From Podarcis filfolensis (taxonomy: Eukaryota), in assembly GCA_964270895.1 (NCBI GenBank), contig OZ185437.1: a DNA stretch of 64,000 nucleotides. One strand, 5' to 3'. Shown piece by piece: positions 1 to 15,304 of this stretch (position 1 is the first letter of the stretch; the number at the start of each line of letters is the position of its first letter). A program made the translations under genes and the position numbers. The notes under the pieces were generated by a model. It saw nothing but the letters and a program-made list of their open reading frames with translations. It had not been told where the DNA came from and did no database searches.

Positions 1-88
1 CTCTGTAGGGACAGCTGCATTTTCCTGCATTGCAGGGGGTTGAACTACACTAGAGATCCTCAGGGTTCCTTCCAACTCTATGACTCTA
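1..88 (+). mobile_element. 3' part of a tRNA-head/CR1-tail squamate SINE (Squam3-like)
   Basis: gggacagctgcattttcctgcattgcagggggttg...ccttccaactctatgactcta, a CR1-type tail; same family as 34407-35060. Confidence 0.7.
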
Positions 89-2039
89 CCTAAGCCTCTG
101 CCTCAGATAGTGGTCAGACTCAGCTCCTCCACCCCAACTGTACCTTCCCTTGCCCACTGCCACTGAAATTGGGGCAATATCTTGGCAACTCCCCGCTACC
201 TGCCCACCCAGACACATTTTACACTGTCATTCAATAACATCATATATAACTGGGAAGTTAGGGCCACTTAGGCCCAGCACATGCCACACTGTCAGGAGAA
301 AGATGGTAAGGCCACTTCAACCCTTCTCCCTCTGTCTAACACTCAGGGGGAACCTCACCAAACCACACTGCCCCTCTAGAAGACTCTCACCCTAAGTGAG
401 GGTCACAGGCCTGTCTCCCACAGCATCGAGCCTATAATTCTTTACCTTGATTGACAGTGGGGAGCACCCCTGTTACTCCCTGAAGTGATGACCCAAAACA
501 GCAATCCCTTTGGGTAGTGCCTCCTTGCTAAATGACCCTGCTGCCCACAACAGAGCCTGTTCATATTGCAAGGCAGGCTCTGGCCCACACCCCAGCTGGA
601 TTCACTCAGCCAGCAATCAAACAGTACCCAACACTGCAATCAGCACTCTCTTACCTGCAGGGAAATATCTCACTGGACAAACAAACTGATGCAGACAGAA
701 AACATACACAGACCAGGCAGGAGCCAGAATGGTGCCAACCAGTCCCTCTGTAGGTCTGCTCCAAGATTTTCCAAGATCGTAACAATTATTCTCTTTGCTT
801 CATTAATAGTTAAGAATTCCACTCCTGCCAAACTACCACTTCTACAAGGACTGAGGGGAAAACGCTCACCTGTCTGGTCTCCACTATAAGATTTCACAGG
901 CCAGGAAATTAAGATTGTATGAAATGGGATACTGATCTATCCATTCAGGGAGCAAATTTATTACAAAATGTACCATTCCTGGACAGGATGCTTAATTTAG
1001 AACTTTAGCATCAACCACCTATGTCCTTGATGGCTTTTACTAGCACATTATAGGTTTACATGTATGTATAAAATACTTATAGATAAATATTAAAATTCAA
1101 TACATTAAGTGTACTCTAGTACAGACATCACATAAATTAAAATAAATTTGTCAAAGCAAAATTCAGAATGGTTAATATTATGTATGCCGTATACTTTTGG
1201 AGGCAGTAGACCTCTGAAGGCCAGTTGTTGCAGATGACAGTCCAGTTCAACTGTAGTAATATATAATACCATTGGCTGTTCAATTTATAAGAGTATTTCT
1301 AAAACTTTTTGAATTTGGACTTTAAAATAACTTAGTTTACTACCTCCCCACTTCTGCATGTCCACAAACAAGCCAACAGTAGAGGCTAAACCAGATTCAA
1401 GACTGTAGTTCCATGCTGCAAATGCCTTGTGTTACTTACCATAGCAGCTGCATTACATAAGTGAAAGAGGGATCAAGTGTGATCCTATCCCCCACTCTCA
1501 CAGTGTTCAGGAGAGGCTAGGAATACAAATTCAAGTTTTAATCTCTCTTTTATTTTTCAAAGAGCTATTATTCCATAAGAACTTTGGGGGATAAATAATT
1601 AAAGACACAAAGAAAAGAGTCCCATAGATCAACAAAAGATGAATGGCAAGTGCTTGCCCTGCTGTTGAATAGTGTACTTCATTAATTTATACTGGTGTAG
1701 TATCTAGTTCTAGGTAACAAAACATTGAATGGAAGACCTCAAACAGTACATAATAGATTTAGGGTCAGTTGATATGACTCATGGGGTGCATGCCTAGCAA
1801 CCACCTATTTTCTGTCTATGACTGCAAAAGATTTTTGCAAGTTCAGATGCTGGTGAACCCATTGCAATGCAGTAATCAGAAGAAACTAGAAATCAACATG
1901 GCATTGTGATACAGCAGTAGAAGCTGCCTTCTTTAATTATTGTTTCACTCTGCATGACAAATTTCAGAACATGTTCAGCAGAAAAATAGTCGGCCATTCA
2001 CCCAACATTTACATGAAGCTCAAAAGACTTGGGATGGTT

Positions 2040-2550
2040 AACAGGTGCAGGGCCCAGGAGACCGCCCCCACCATTTCCTCCTTAGGAATTGGGAGGAAAC
2101 CGGCAGTGCCTCCTCTTCACCAAGAGGCTGATGTCAAGGTAGCATTGGGAAAGCTGTAGACCAGGGGTAGGCAACCTAAGGCCCAGGGGCCGCGTGCAGC
2201 CCAATCACCTTCTCAATCTGTCCCGCGGACGGTCTGGAATCAGCATGTTTTTACATGAGTAGAATGTGTCCTTTTATTTAAAATGCATCTCTGGGTTATT
2301 TGTGGGGCATAGAAATTCATTCATTTCCCCCCCCCCCAAAAAAAAATAGTCCGGTCCCCCACATGGTCTGAGTGACGGTGGACCAGCCCATGGCTGAAAA
2401 AGGTTGCTGACCCCTGCTGTAGAGGATGTGGCAGATCTGGCTTCCAAGGAGTGCGTTGCAGCTGTTGCTGCTACTGTGGCGGCGGCAGCGGTAATTGATG
2501 CATCCTGTCACCTGTGGCGGTTGCCTCACCTTGCCTCATGGGTGGACCAG
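2040..2550 (+). repeat. Unclassified interspersed repeat interrupted by the hAT MITE; second copy at about 5190-5470
   Basis: Both copies share cccccaccattt, agtgcctcct..caagaggctg and the end ctcaccttgcctcatgggt. Confidence 0.55.
2162..2416. mobile_element. Non-autonomous hAT element (MITE) nested in an older repeat
   Basis: TIRs CAGGGGTAGGCAAC / GTTGCTGACCCCTG; 8-bp TSD ctgtagac / ctgtagag (7 of 8 match). Confidence 0.85.
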
Positions 2551-3129
2551 TCCTGGTTGTATGTAACCAAGTAATTGCACAAGAGGAACTCACTTTCCAT
2601 ATTCTTCTCCTGTGTGCCCCCTACCAAATTTGCTCTGGCATTTCCCAAAACCCTCTAGAGTTGATTTGGGAGTGGGCCTGAAAGGTGAGGATGGGGAGGA
2701 GAAGTTCCACTCACACAATGACTTAGTTAGATTTAACCCCCCCCTTTTTTTTTTTTAGTTTACTGCATTTTACTTCCACTGTTCATGTCATTTAAACCAG
2801 CTGTAGTATTATTACTATTATCAGTGGGAGTGTCTTTAATCCTGCAAAACGAGTTAGGCACTCTTCCCTGCACCTTCGTCTCTGCCCCATCTTTAACCTT
2901 TCACCTCAATCAGATGGGAGTGAATCTGTTGAAAAGAAATGTTATCCTCCATTTTACTCTGAACGACTGAAATGTCATTTTATTTTTTGGACACTGCTTC
3001 ATAAGTTGGCTGAAGCAACACAGATAGCAGCATTATATATCTTCTATTTAGATTTGAAAGAGGGTTTCCAAATATGTAAAGCGGGGGTCTGTAGGTATGT
3101 CATGTACCCACCTACAGAACATCCATCTT

Positions 3130-3270
3130 GTAAGGATTCCGTTTCAGTGCACTGGCCCTCATCCAGCCTGTTATTGTTCTCCAAGCTCTGATCCAGCTGC
3201 TTCTGTGCCTCACCTGATTCTGATGGAATGGAGTGATAGATCTGGGTGTCATCAGCAACTAATATAGAAC
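3130..3270 (-). mobile_element. Degraded L2/CR1-clade LINE reverse transcriptase fragment
   Basis: Minus frame ADDTQIYHSIPSESGEAQKQLDQSL resembles the YADDTQLY motif region of L2. Confidence 0.65.
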
Positions 3271-3705
3271 AGAAACTTGCATAGGGATCAGGCCTCCTCA
3301 CATGACTTAAGCTGTTCTGACCTATGAATACTCAAGAGGCTTCTTAAGTTTTGCCTGGTCAAAGAATGAAACTACATTATTTTTACATGTGCAATAGTTA
3401 CTGCTGATACACTGTGTGGATTTTTGTCAGTAACACTATGGCTTGGATGCTACGTTCCTGTGAACAGAATTCTGCTCACACAGAGCTAGGGTGGGAAAGC
3501 AATTTCAGCCTTCCCTATGCAGCCATGGAAATCTGCCCTAGAGGGTTTAGCACCCTCTGGAACAGTGCAGGAAGTGGCACTGGAGGCTGTGGGGGAAATA
3601 AAGAATTGTGGGGCGGGGGACCCCAGAAGAGCAATGTAAGATCCAAGTCTATGTTGTATATTGACTAGATCTGACATTTTATTTTGCCTTGGCTAACACT
3701 GAAAT

Positions 3706-4032
3706 GGGACGCAGGTGGCGCTGTGGATTAAACCACAGAGCCTAGGACTTGCCGATCAGAAGCTCGGTGGCTCGAATCCCCGCGACGGGATGAGCTCCCG
3801 TTGCTCGGTCCCAGCTCCTGCCAACCTAGCAGTTCGAAAGCACATCAAAGTGCAAGTAGATAAATAGGTGTTTCCGTGTGCTGCTCTGTTTCGCCAGAAG
3901 CGGCTTACTCATGCTGGCCACATGACCCGAAAGCTGTACACCGGCTCCCTTGGCCAATAAAGCGAGATGAGCGCCGCAACCCCAGAGTCGGCCACAACTG
4001 GACCTAATGGTCAGGGGTCCCTTTACCTTTAC
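3706..4032 (+). mobile_element. Sauria SINE, near full length
   Basis: Head gggacgcaggtggcgctgtgg...cgaatccccgcgacggg and tail (accttt)n. 13-bp TSD ctaacactgaaat (3693-3705) / ctaacattgaaat (4033-4045). Confidence 0.93.
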
Positions 4033-6498
4033 CTAACATTGAAATCAATATGTTATTATGAGGAAGGAATTATGAAGCAATTATCCTTTAAAATAGGATA
4101 AAGGTCTTAAATGTGTATTGGAATGACTTTTAAATGGTGGATTTATGTGTGTTGTTGTGTGAGAGAAAAGAGATTAAATGTTTATAGTTGTGAAGAAAAG
4201 CTTTGAAAAGGGACAAATGTGTAGTAAAGGCAATTAAGTATGACCTCATCCCATGCATTCAAGCATGTTTTTTTTTCCTTTTTCCTGGAAGTCTAATATT
4301 ATTTTCTAGTCTTTCAGGTTCACTCCCCTGAAGGTGCTACAGGTTTCCCATTCTACTCTCCCCTTTTCTTTTCTTTTGAAGTGGAGGACACTAAGTACCA
4401 AGCCAGCTAGGAGGCCCTGTTTAAGAGAGAAAGCATATTTTATTACTGCTGAGTGGACAAAAAGTGGTCAAACCAGCAGCAGCATGTCCAATGGAAACAC
4501 ACCAAAAAGAAACAAGAAATAAAGCTGCTACAAGAAAACTTAATTGTCAAAAGAGAAAGACAAGGAGAAACAGCAGCAGCTTACATTCAACACATGCTGA
4601 GGTAAATCTGTTCCTCAGGGGTCATACAGAAATTCTGTGAACATGTTCCAAATCTCAATGAGGCAACATCAGCTACAGCATTCTCTGATGTTTTCCCATA
4701 TCGGTGTTTTATGAGGTTTTCTTTGTAATGCCGAAGTAGCAGGGGGAAACACAGGCCCATAATAATGATAAATGCATGCATCGATTACACTGCTCTCCCA
4801 ACAGTATCCCCCGAAGTGTAGCAGGTCAGTTGTGGATTTGGCTTTCTGGTTGTGTTGGACACTTACCAATGAGTACTGAAAGATTCACCCTGGGTGTGAT
4901 TGTGGTTGAATACAACATGCTTGTCACAGGTAGGGAGGGGGACACTAAATAGAAGGTTTTAGGATGGCCACCATTAGGACCAATCCAAGACATTTTGGCA
5001 CCTGAGGCAAACCACAAAATGGTATGGTCTGTTCCGCCCCTCCTCCCGTCAGGGAAGGAGTGAAGATCTACATCAGGAACAAAGAGGGAATAAAGATCAA
5101 CACTGGGAACAAGAGGATGGTACTCACTTCAACATTACCATATGGGAATCAAAGGTCATTGTGGATGGGTAGGGAAGGAGCTCACTCTAAAACACACTGG
5201 CCAGGTGCAGAGCCCAGAAATCCCCAGAGGGCAGCCCCCACCATTTCGTCCCATGCTGTGGGAGGAGACCAAGAGTGCCTCCTATTCGCCAAGAGGCTGC
5301 TATAGAGGTGGCATGGTGGGGACTGCTGAGGAGGCAGCAAGGAGTGCATGGCAGTGGCGGTGGCAGCAGCAGCAAACAAGGCATTCCTTGGAGACTGGAT
5401 CTGCTACCCCGTAGATCCTGCCGCCTGAGGTTGTAGTCTCACCTTGCCTCATGGGTAGGGTGGCCACCATGTACATGAGTCTCAGGGCCACTTCAGAAGG
5501 CTTTACAAATCACTCCACAAAGAGCAGCCTGCAGTTCTCGGAAGAAAGTTAACATCTGACCTGCGCTTCCTGGAACAACTGCCACTTTTCAGTAGCAATT
5601 GATGCCAGCATAACAGCTGAAAAATGTGACACTGTCCTCCTGAAAACCACTGCTGGAAAGTGGTAGCTGCATCTAGGGATACACCAAGTCAGAAGTTACT
5701 TCTTCCACAGTATACTTGGGGATGGTTGGGTCACTTCACTTGGAAAAATCTGAACAAGTGTTTAGGCAGAAGCAATGTGTGTAGCTGGAAAATAGATTTC
5801 ATTACATTTACTTCAACTCAAAACTATAGTATGTGCTATCTTTGCAACAACTATTTAATTCACAGTTTATCTCTTGATGTGTCGCTATCATAATAAGGTT
5901 TATCATTAACTGGGACAGATTCCATTTTAAAATCCAATGCACTTCTGCTACTGCAGGGTGAAGTAAAGGGCAATAATTTGTGACTGCAGTGAAGTGGCTG
6001 CCTGAGCACTGGCCTACCACAAGTTCAATTTCCAGAACTGTGTTGACAATTCTAAGTAATCATTTCCATAGAGAGCCACAATTACACCCAAAATTACATA
6101 CTGGACAGTAATACTCCTTTCCCACTCTAGCAGGATAAACATGAATTTGGCATTGTTGTTTCAAATTCTGAGCTGCAACTAACTTGGAATCTACAGTGCC
6201 CTGCTTAAGAGCACAGATGAGCCAAACTGAAAGCCACATGTTTATCTGTCTGCCCCATGCACATAAAACACGAGGATAAGTCTATTTTTTTTGTAAGAAA
6301 AGGTGCCTGTGGAGGAGGGGAAGTGAACTCTGCCCCATCTTCTCCCTGTGCTCCATCCCTACAGGCACTTTTCTCCCCATGCTGGCTCTGATACCAAAGA
6401 GGGGCAGCCTGAGACGAAAAGTGTACGCAGCAATGGAGCGTGTGGCGAAGACGGGGAGGAGGAGAGGGATGGTTCCATTTCCCTTCGCTCACATTCAC

Positions 6499-6682
6499 CT
6501 TTCATTCTAAAAATTAGATGCTTCAACTGAATCTTGGAACAGATGGACATCGTCAGGGTTTTCCTGCAGCAACTCGGTAACTGAACACCAGTGCTTCCTG
6601 TTAGTGTAAGGGAGCGTAGGAGAACTGGCTCTAAACACCTGCTTGGCACTGAATCCAGAAGGGTATGCATTCGAGTGAACAT
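6499..6682 (-). other. Candidate first exon of a divergent transcript (possible alternative NHSL1 first exon, or lncRNA)
   Basis: Open frame from ATG 6682 (second ATG at 6550) to the donor AAG|GTGAAT at 6499/6498, phase 1. It follows a CT-rich leader just upstream of the CCDC28A promoter. Identity not established. Confidence 0.35.
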
Positions 6683-6754
6683 GCGTACGATCAGGATATT
6701 TATTGCAGCGCTGGAAGCAAGCAAGAGAGGAGTGCTATGAATTCACACAACGGA

Positions 6755-6790
6755 AGAGAGAGAGAGAGAGAAAGAAAGAAAGAAAAAGAG
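6755..6790. repeat. (GA)n/(GAAA)n purine tract
   Basis: gaagagagagagagagaaagaaagaaagaaaaagag. Confidence 0.9.
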
Positions 6791-6959
6791 GTCAAGGGTG
6801 CATCATTGTGCTGGTGAGAAAGAGCAGCAACACTCTGGAGCTTTTTTTAAATGCTCTATGCTTGAGGAGCAGAGCAGGTGAGCCGACGCAGCCCCTGAAC
6901 AAGAACAAAAACTGAAATCTCTGCATTTCCTTTCGTTTCGTTTTCCGCCTGAGAGGGCG

Positions 6960-7530
6960 CTCCCTTTTCTCTAATCAAGGGCCCGTCCTTATTGCGAGCC
7001 TACCTACGCGCCCCGCCCTTGCCAATTATGGACAACCGCAATTAGCAAAGCCAATCAGCGCTGCTCTCAGAGGAAGGGCTCGTGCCCACTTCCCTCTCCC
7101 TTCCAGGATCATGCTGCTTTTCCTAATAGAGTCTCTCTCTCTTTGCCGCGGGGGATCACGGGAGTTGTAGTCTCTTGGCGTTGAAGGCCGCGCCCGCTAC
7201 CCGCATCGAACGGCGTTATATGAAAAGGCGATTCATTCTCCTCGCTCCTTTTTCTTCGTGCGTTCCTTGGCCTTCCTGTAAAACACCTTCGGCGCCCCGC
7301 CTATTTCCCCTCTTATCGAAATGGATTGTGGGAAATGTATTTTTTCTCTCGACAGAAACATGCCGTTTGGGATGAAATCGTACTACAACTCCCAAAATGC
7401 GAAGGAACTATCACGCGGCACGGGAACGCCCCCGTGAGGCTCTTTCAGGTCACATGACCATCACGGATGTTGCTTCCGTAAATATCAGGCTGAAATGCTT
7501 CAATTCGGACAAATGTGAACTCCCAGGTAA
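6960..7530. promoter_or_regulatory. CpG-rich promoter of CCDC28A, probably bidirectional
   Basis: Local CpG enrichment. GC box at 7011-7020; CCAAT boxes at 7022 and 7051. ZNF143/SBS-type motifs in both orientations: gggagttgtagt (7160-7171) and actacaactcccaaaatgc (7382-7400). Palindrome GTCACATGAC (E-box/CLEAR-like) near 7449. Confidence 0.8.
7440..7526 (+). other. CCDC28A: Probable non-coding first exon of CCDC28A (start approximate)
   Basis: Strong donor CAG|GTAAGG at 7526/7527, just downstream of the CpG-rich promoter. The next acceptor (9428-9429) opens the exon that carries the ATG. Confidence 0.6.
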
Positions 7531-7981
7531 GGTGGATCTAGCGAGGGGGGAAGAATTTTGGTTTCCGTTCTCTTCCGTCAGTTTTACTTGGAGCTTTACT
7601 TGGAAAAAGGTGGCAAAATTGGCCTTCCAACAGCCGGAAATTATTTCTATCGCTCCGATATTTTAGATGTGATAAAAGGCTCTACCAGTGTTCTTTGATC
7701 TGTTCTTTAAACATATTTTTAAAATATGCAGTTTTGGGAATAAGTGCTGACTTTAAGTTAGATGAGATTTTTTTTGTTTCCTGTGTTTTTGCCCCGCTCT
7801 CGTAGAACAGCAACTTTGTTTTAAATTCTGCATTCCCCTCCCCTCAGCTTTTAAACGAATATCATGCCAGGAGGGAGTTGGTGTTTTTTAATTGCCTTTT
7901 AAAAATTATTATTAAAAGGGATTTACCTGACGCTACTGCTTGCCCTGCAGCAAATTGGACCATCCATCTTCATCAGACAGT

Positions 7982-8510
7982 AATAGAATTGTAGACTTGG
8001 AAGGGATCCTGGGGGTCATCTATTCCAACCCCCTGCAGTGCAGGAATCTCAGCTAAAGCACCCATGTCATATGGCCATCCAGCCTCTGATTAAAAACCTC
8101 CAAGGAAGGAGAGTCCACCACTTTACAAGGGAGTTTGTTCCACCGTTGAACAGGCCTTACCACCAAAAAGTTCTCCCTGATGTTTAGTCTGAATCTCCTT
8201 TCTTGTAACTTGAAGCCTTTGGTTCAGGTCCTACAGAGCAGGAGAAAACAAGCTTGCACCATCTTCCATGTGACATCCCTTTAGATATTTGAAGATGGCT
8301 ATTTTATCTCCTCAGTTTTGTCTTTTCCAGGCGAAACATACCCAGCTCCCTCAACTGTTCTTCATAAGGTTTGGTTTTCAAACCTTTGATCATCTTGGTC
8401 TCACCCTCCTCTGCACACATTCCAGCTTGTCCGTATCCTTAAATTGTGGTGGCCAGAATTGGACACAGTACTCCAGGTGTGGTCTCACAAAGGCAGAACA
8501 GAGCAATACT
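7982..8510 (-). mobile_element. CR1 LINE, 5'-truncated 3' end
   Basis: Reverse-complement CR1 3' end (tagaattgtagacttggaagggatcctggggg...; tccaggtgtggtctcac) in CCDC28A intron 1. Confidence 0.85.
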
Positions 8511-8684
8511 TAATGTAAAGGAACACTGTTAAGATTTGTTATTTGGCATTAGGCTGTCTATGAACGTTAGTAAGGCTTTAAAATATTCTTCTAGCAATAT
8601 TAATCAGATGTAATTCAACTGACAAGATTTGCATCACGTCAACTAAGTGACAAATTCCAGAAGAGTCACTATGTTGGTTTGTCC

Positions 8685-8760
8685 TAACAAAAGTAAGAAG
8701 AGTCTAGTGGCACCTTGAATAATATAATTTTATTATGGCCTAAACCTCCTTTGTCAGATA
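8685..8760 (-). mobile_element. Degraded Penelope-like terminus
   Basis: gagtctagtggcaccttgaata...tttattatggc resembles the reversed end of the element at 49970-50390. Confidence 0.45.
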
Positions 8761-9455
8761 GATAAGGTGGCCTGCAGTTGACCATAATTGGAGTGTTAAT
8801 AGGTGGTCATGCAACCTTTTCTGAATCTGTTAGTACAGTATTAGCTTAGAAATGTGCAGCCTAATTCTAATGTATATTTACTCAGCAGCTAATCCCACCG
8901 AGTTCAATGGAACTTTATTCCAGGTAAATATTGTAACTGCAATATATAATAAAAGTATATTGCTGTGGTGGATACAGTTGTAGGAACGTGTGCACAGCTA
9001 ATTATTAGTTACTTATATTTTTCATGCTATGATTGCATAGACACTTAAAATATGGTCATATTTGGGCAACATATATTTCCCTGTATAATTATTTAACTAT
9101 AAAATAGTGATTGATAGGTTACCTATTAAAAAAATATTTCAAGCAGAGATATTATTAAATGGCATTGGCCACACAAAAGCTAAAGCCAGCTTGCAAGCAT
9201 AACATTCCAATTCTATGCATATTTGGAAGTAGAACCTTGAACAATGGGGATTACTTTTTATCAAATGCACATAAGAGATGTTTGTATCTTTCTTCCTGAC
9301 TGCACTCTTGGAAGTGCCTCACAGAACTTTAAGTATAAGTAAAAATACTCTAAAATTGATCTGTTAATATTAACCATACTCTTCAGTGGCACAGATAACA
9401 CTATATATTATTTAATCTTTCCTCCTCAGAGCACAGAGAAGCATTAACCATATAG

Positions 9456-12828
<3,373 letters not shown>

Positions 12829-13275
12829 AATGCACCTTGTCTTTGTTTGTGTTTCGGAAACCCAGGGTGTCTTATTTCATTTCCAGTGGACTCTCTTTCT
12901 TGCTTCTGCAGCAAAGTATTTATATGCAAGTGAACATATTCACACATTCCTCTTAGCAGATGCGAGTTCTGCATATCTGTCAGGGTTGGAATCTAGGGTA
13001 CAGGATGACCATGTCTTGCTGCTATGCTTTGTATTACTGCCTTATCTACCGTGAAGTGTTTGGAAAACTTGAAAATGCGTTTTTATGCTGAGTGTTCGGA
13101 TGATTTTGAGTTCTATATAAGTATGATTTTTAATATAATATGTTCAACTTTGATTAAATTAATAATGGAGCGTGGTGTTCCTGTTGCTTTCCCACAGTGC
13201 AGACAATCAGCTTAGACGTTCCTGTGTGTCTTTTTGCGGGTGATGCTGTTAAATGAGTGTTTAATTTATTTCGGC

Positions 13276-13281
13276 AATAAA
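13276..13281 (+). terminator. Probable polyadenylation signal of CCDC28A
   Basis: AATAAA about 450 nt after the stop codon, followed by T/GT-rich sequence. Confidence 0.55.
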
Positions 13282-13399
13282 ATAATTCTAAAGATTGCTA
13301 GTGTTTTTCTCTACAGTAACAATTTATATGTCTACCACTGAGAGGTTCTTTAAGTGTGGCTTATTTTGGTGGGGGGCAAGGGGAGGTATTATACTGCAG

Positions 13400-13974
13400 T
13401 ATCAGGGCTTGAGTCGGGCGTAGGTCAACAAAAAACAATAAATCACCCAAGGTCAGTGAAGTTAAAACTTTATTCAAGTTCAGGCCTAGCAGTCTCTTCC
13501 TAGGAGGTCTTGCCCCGATGACACAGTTGCAAGGACTAAAGGTCTCTTCCTTCCCACCCGTCTCTAAGGCTTCTCTTCTCCTGGGTTTTTCCTGCACAAT
13601 CTCAAACCACGTCTGCACACAACTAAACTCTGTTCTGTACTTTTCATTTCTCTGTGTGTTCTTGGAGACACAGGGAAGGGGAGCTGGTCACAGCAGGATG
13701 GGGAGACTCCCTGGATTCTTCAGCAGCCTCATGACTCCCTTCCTCTCCAGCTTCTGCTTCAGCCTCAAAGTCTGAACTGTACTCTGCCACAGATTCTTCT
13801 TGCTTACTAAACCCTGATGCCACTCCAGCTTCGAACACCCCCTCTCCTGAGTCTTCCCCCTCTGACAACTCATTCTTGTCCCACTACCAATCCGCTGGCT
13901 CTGAGTCTTCTTCTCCTGGGGGTTCCCCAGCGGGTGCCTCTTATCACTTCTCTACATCCAGCCAGTCCATGACA
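13400..13974 (-). mobile_element. Solo LTR, 575 bp
   Basis: The minus strand starts TGTCATGG and ends ccctgaTA (degenerate CA), with an internal AATAAA. 5-bp TSD tgcag / tacag (4 of 5 match). Confidence 0.7.
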
Positions 13975-15304
13975 TACAGTTTGTGTTTAAATTATTGTTT
14001 TATTTTCCAAATCTGTTGCTAGAGGAGTTTGTTTAGCTCATGGTTGGTTTTTACTCCCTGAATCTGAAGATCATTTGGGTTCTTTGTTTTAAAAAGCTTA
14101 TGTCCCACGTTTTTTCAAAAAAAAAAACTCAAGCAATAAAATATGAAAACATAGCCACGAAATTGATTAAGTTAGTCCAAGAACAACAGCTAACATGAGG
14201 AACTAATAATTCCAGTAAGAAGCACTCAGCAACACCAGGAGCAAGGTGTAAATAAAGTTCTGCCATGAAGATCTGAAACTTATTTTGAGACATTCATTCT
14301 TTTTCAACTCTTAACCTTCATCAAAACTGCAGAATATCAAAATACAAAAACAGAAGAAAACCTATACAATCACTTTTGAATAAAACTCTGATGTTGGTTT
14401 TTTTAATGTAGTATTGTACCAAAGGTTCTGACAGGCCAACAAATTTCAGTTAAGCTATGGAAATGATGCACCAGATAAAAAAGGAGTTTCTTTTTATATA
14501 CATCTATTTCTTCTTCAGAAGCAAGGAAAAGGTGACTTAAATGTAGATGCATTGTAGTCAAAGTGCTTCACATCAATTATCTTAGTCATTCTTCTAACAC
14601 CTCTGCTAGATAGTCTATGATTATTGCGTGTGTAGTTGCTGATTTCTGCTGGCTGATTTCTATGAAATGCATTGGAGCCCTTCCAAAAGTAAAGGTGACA
14701 TCCTAAGAAATGTAAGCTGACAGCTCAACTGACTATGCCAGTGTAAGTCAAGTCAGAATTAGCCCAGAACGATAAAAGAAGCTTTCTCCTTTGGTCCTGT
14801 TTCAGTCCTCTTGGCTGTAAGCCCAAAGTGCCTTGTGTTGTGTACTTTGGTTCCTATGGAGATCTAAGGAAGTACTGACCTTCAGCCAATCCTGCAGCAG
14901 TTTTGCATTTCATACAGCAGGTCTCTAGTGGCTTCCTCACGGGCCAGAAACGATATTCTACTGAGGTAAATACTGTTCTTGTTCCCTGTTTTTCTTTATA
15001 GGGTGGAGGTGGTAAAATAGACAAGATTTTGTTCTGCTTGGTTGTGTTTTAAAAACTGCAGGAGCTGATATTCTCACCCTCCGGTAAACCTATGAAATAT
15101 GGCAGGCTCCAGAAGAAAAAAGGAAAAAAAATAAAGTATGTGCCACTAATAGAGTGGTGCACAAAGGATTAATTTGTAACATGGCTAAGGAGGAAAATGT
15201 GAGAAGCTCAGTGGGAATAATGACGGAGCCGAGAGATTGATTTTGGGTGCTGAAGCATGAATTTTGGCAGGTTAAAAATCTAGCACATCTCTGCCATGTT
15301 CTAG

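Noticed and set aside
3706-3790. tRNA-like A/B boxes
   Set aside because: SINE head, not a tRNA gene.
4587-4781. Small ORF with a hydrophobic N-terminus (MHAFIIIMGLCFPLLL...)
   Set aside because: In-frame stop just upstream, no usable acceptor and no homology recognised.
6412-6510. Plus-strand ATG (MERVAKTGRRRG...) and donor GCAG|GTGAGC at about 6877 as an upstream CCDC28A exon
   Set aside because: The ORF ends early, the site lies upstream of the core promoter motifs, and nothing else supports it.
13644-13873. Acidic Glu/Ser-rich ORF (MSEGEDSGEG...)
   Set aside because: Lies inside the purine-rich solo LTR; low complexity.
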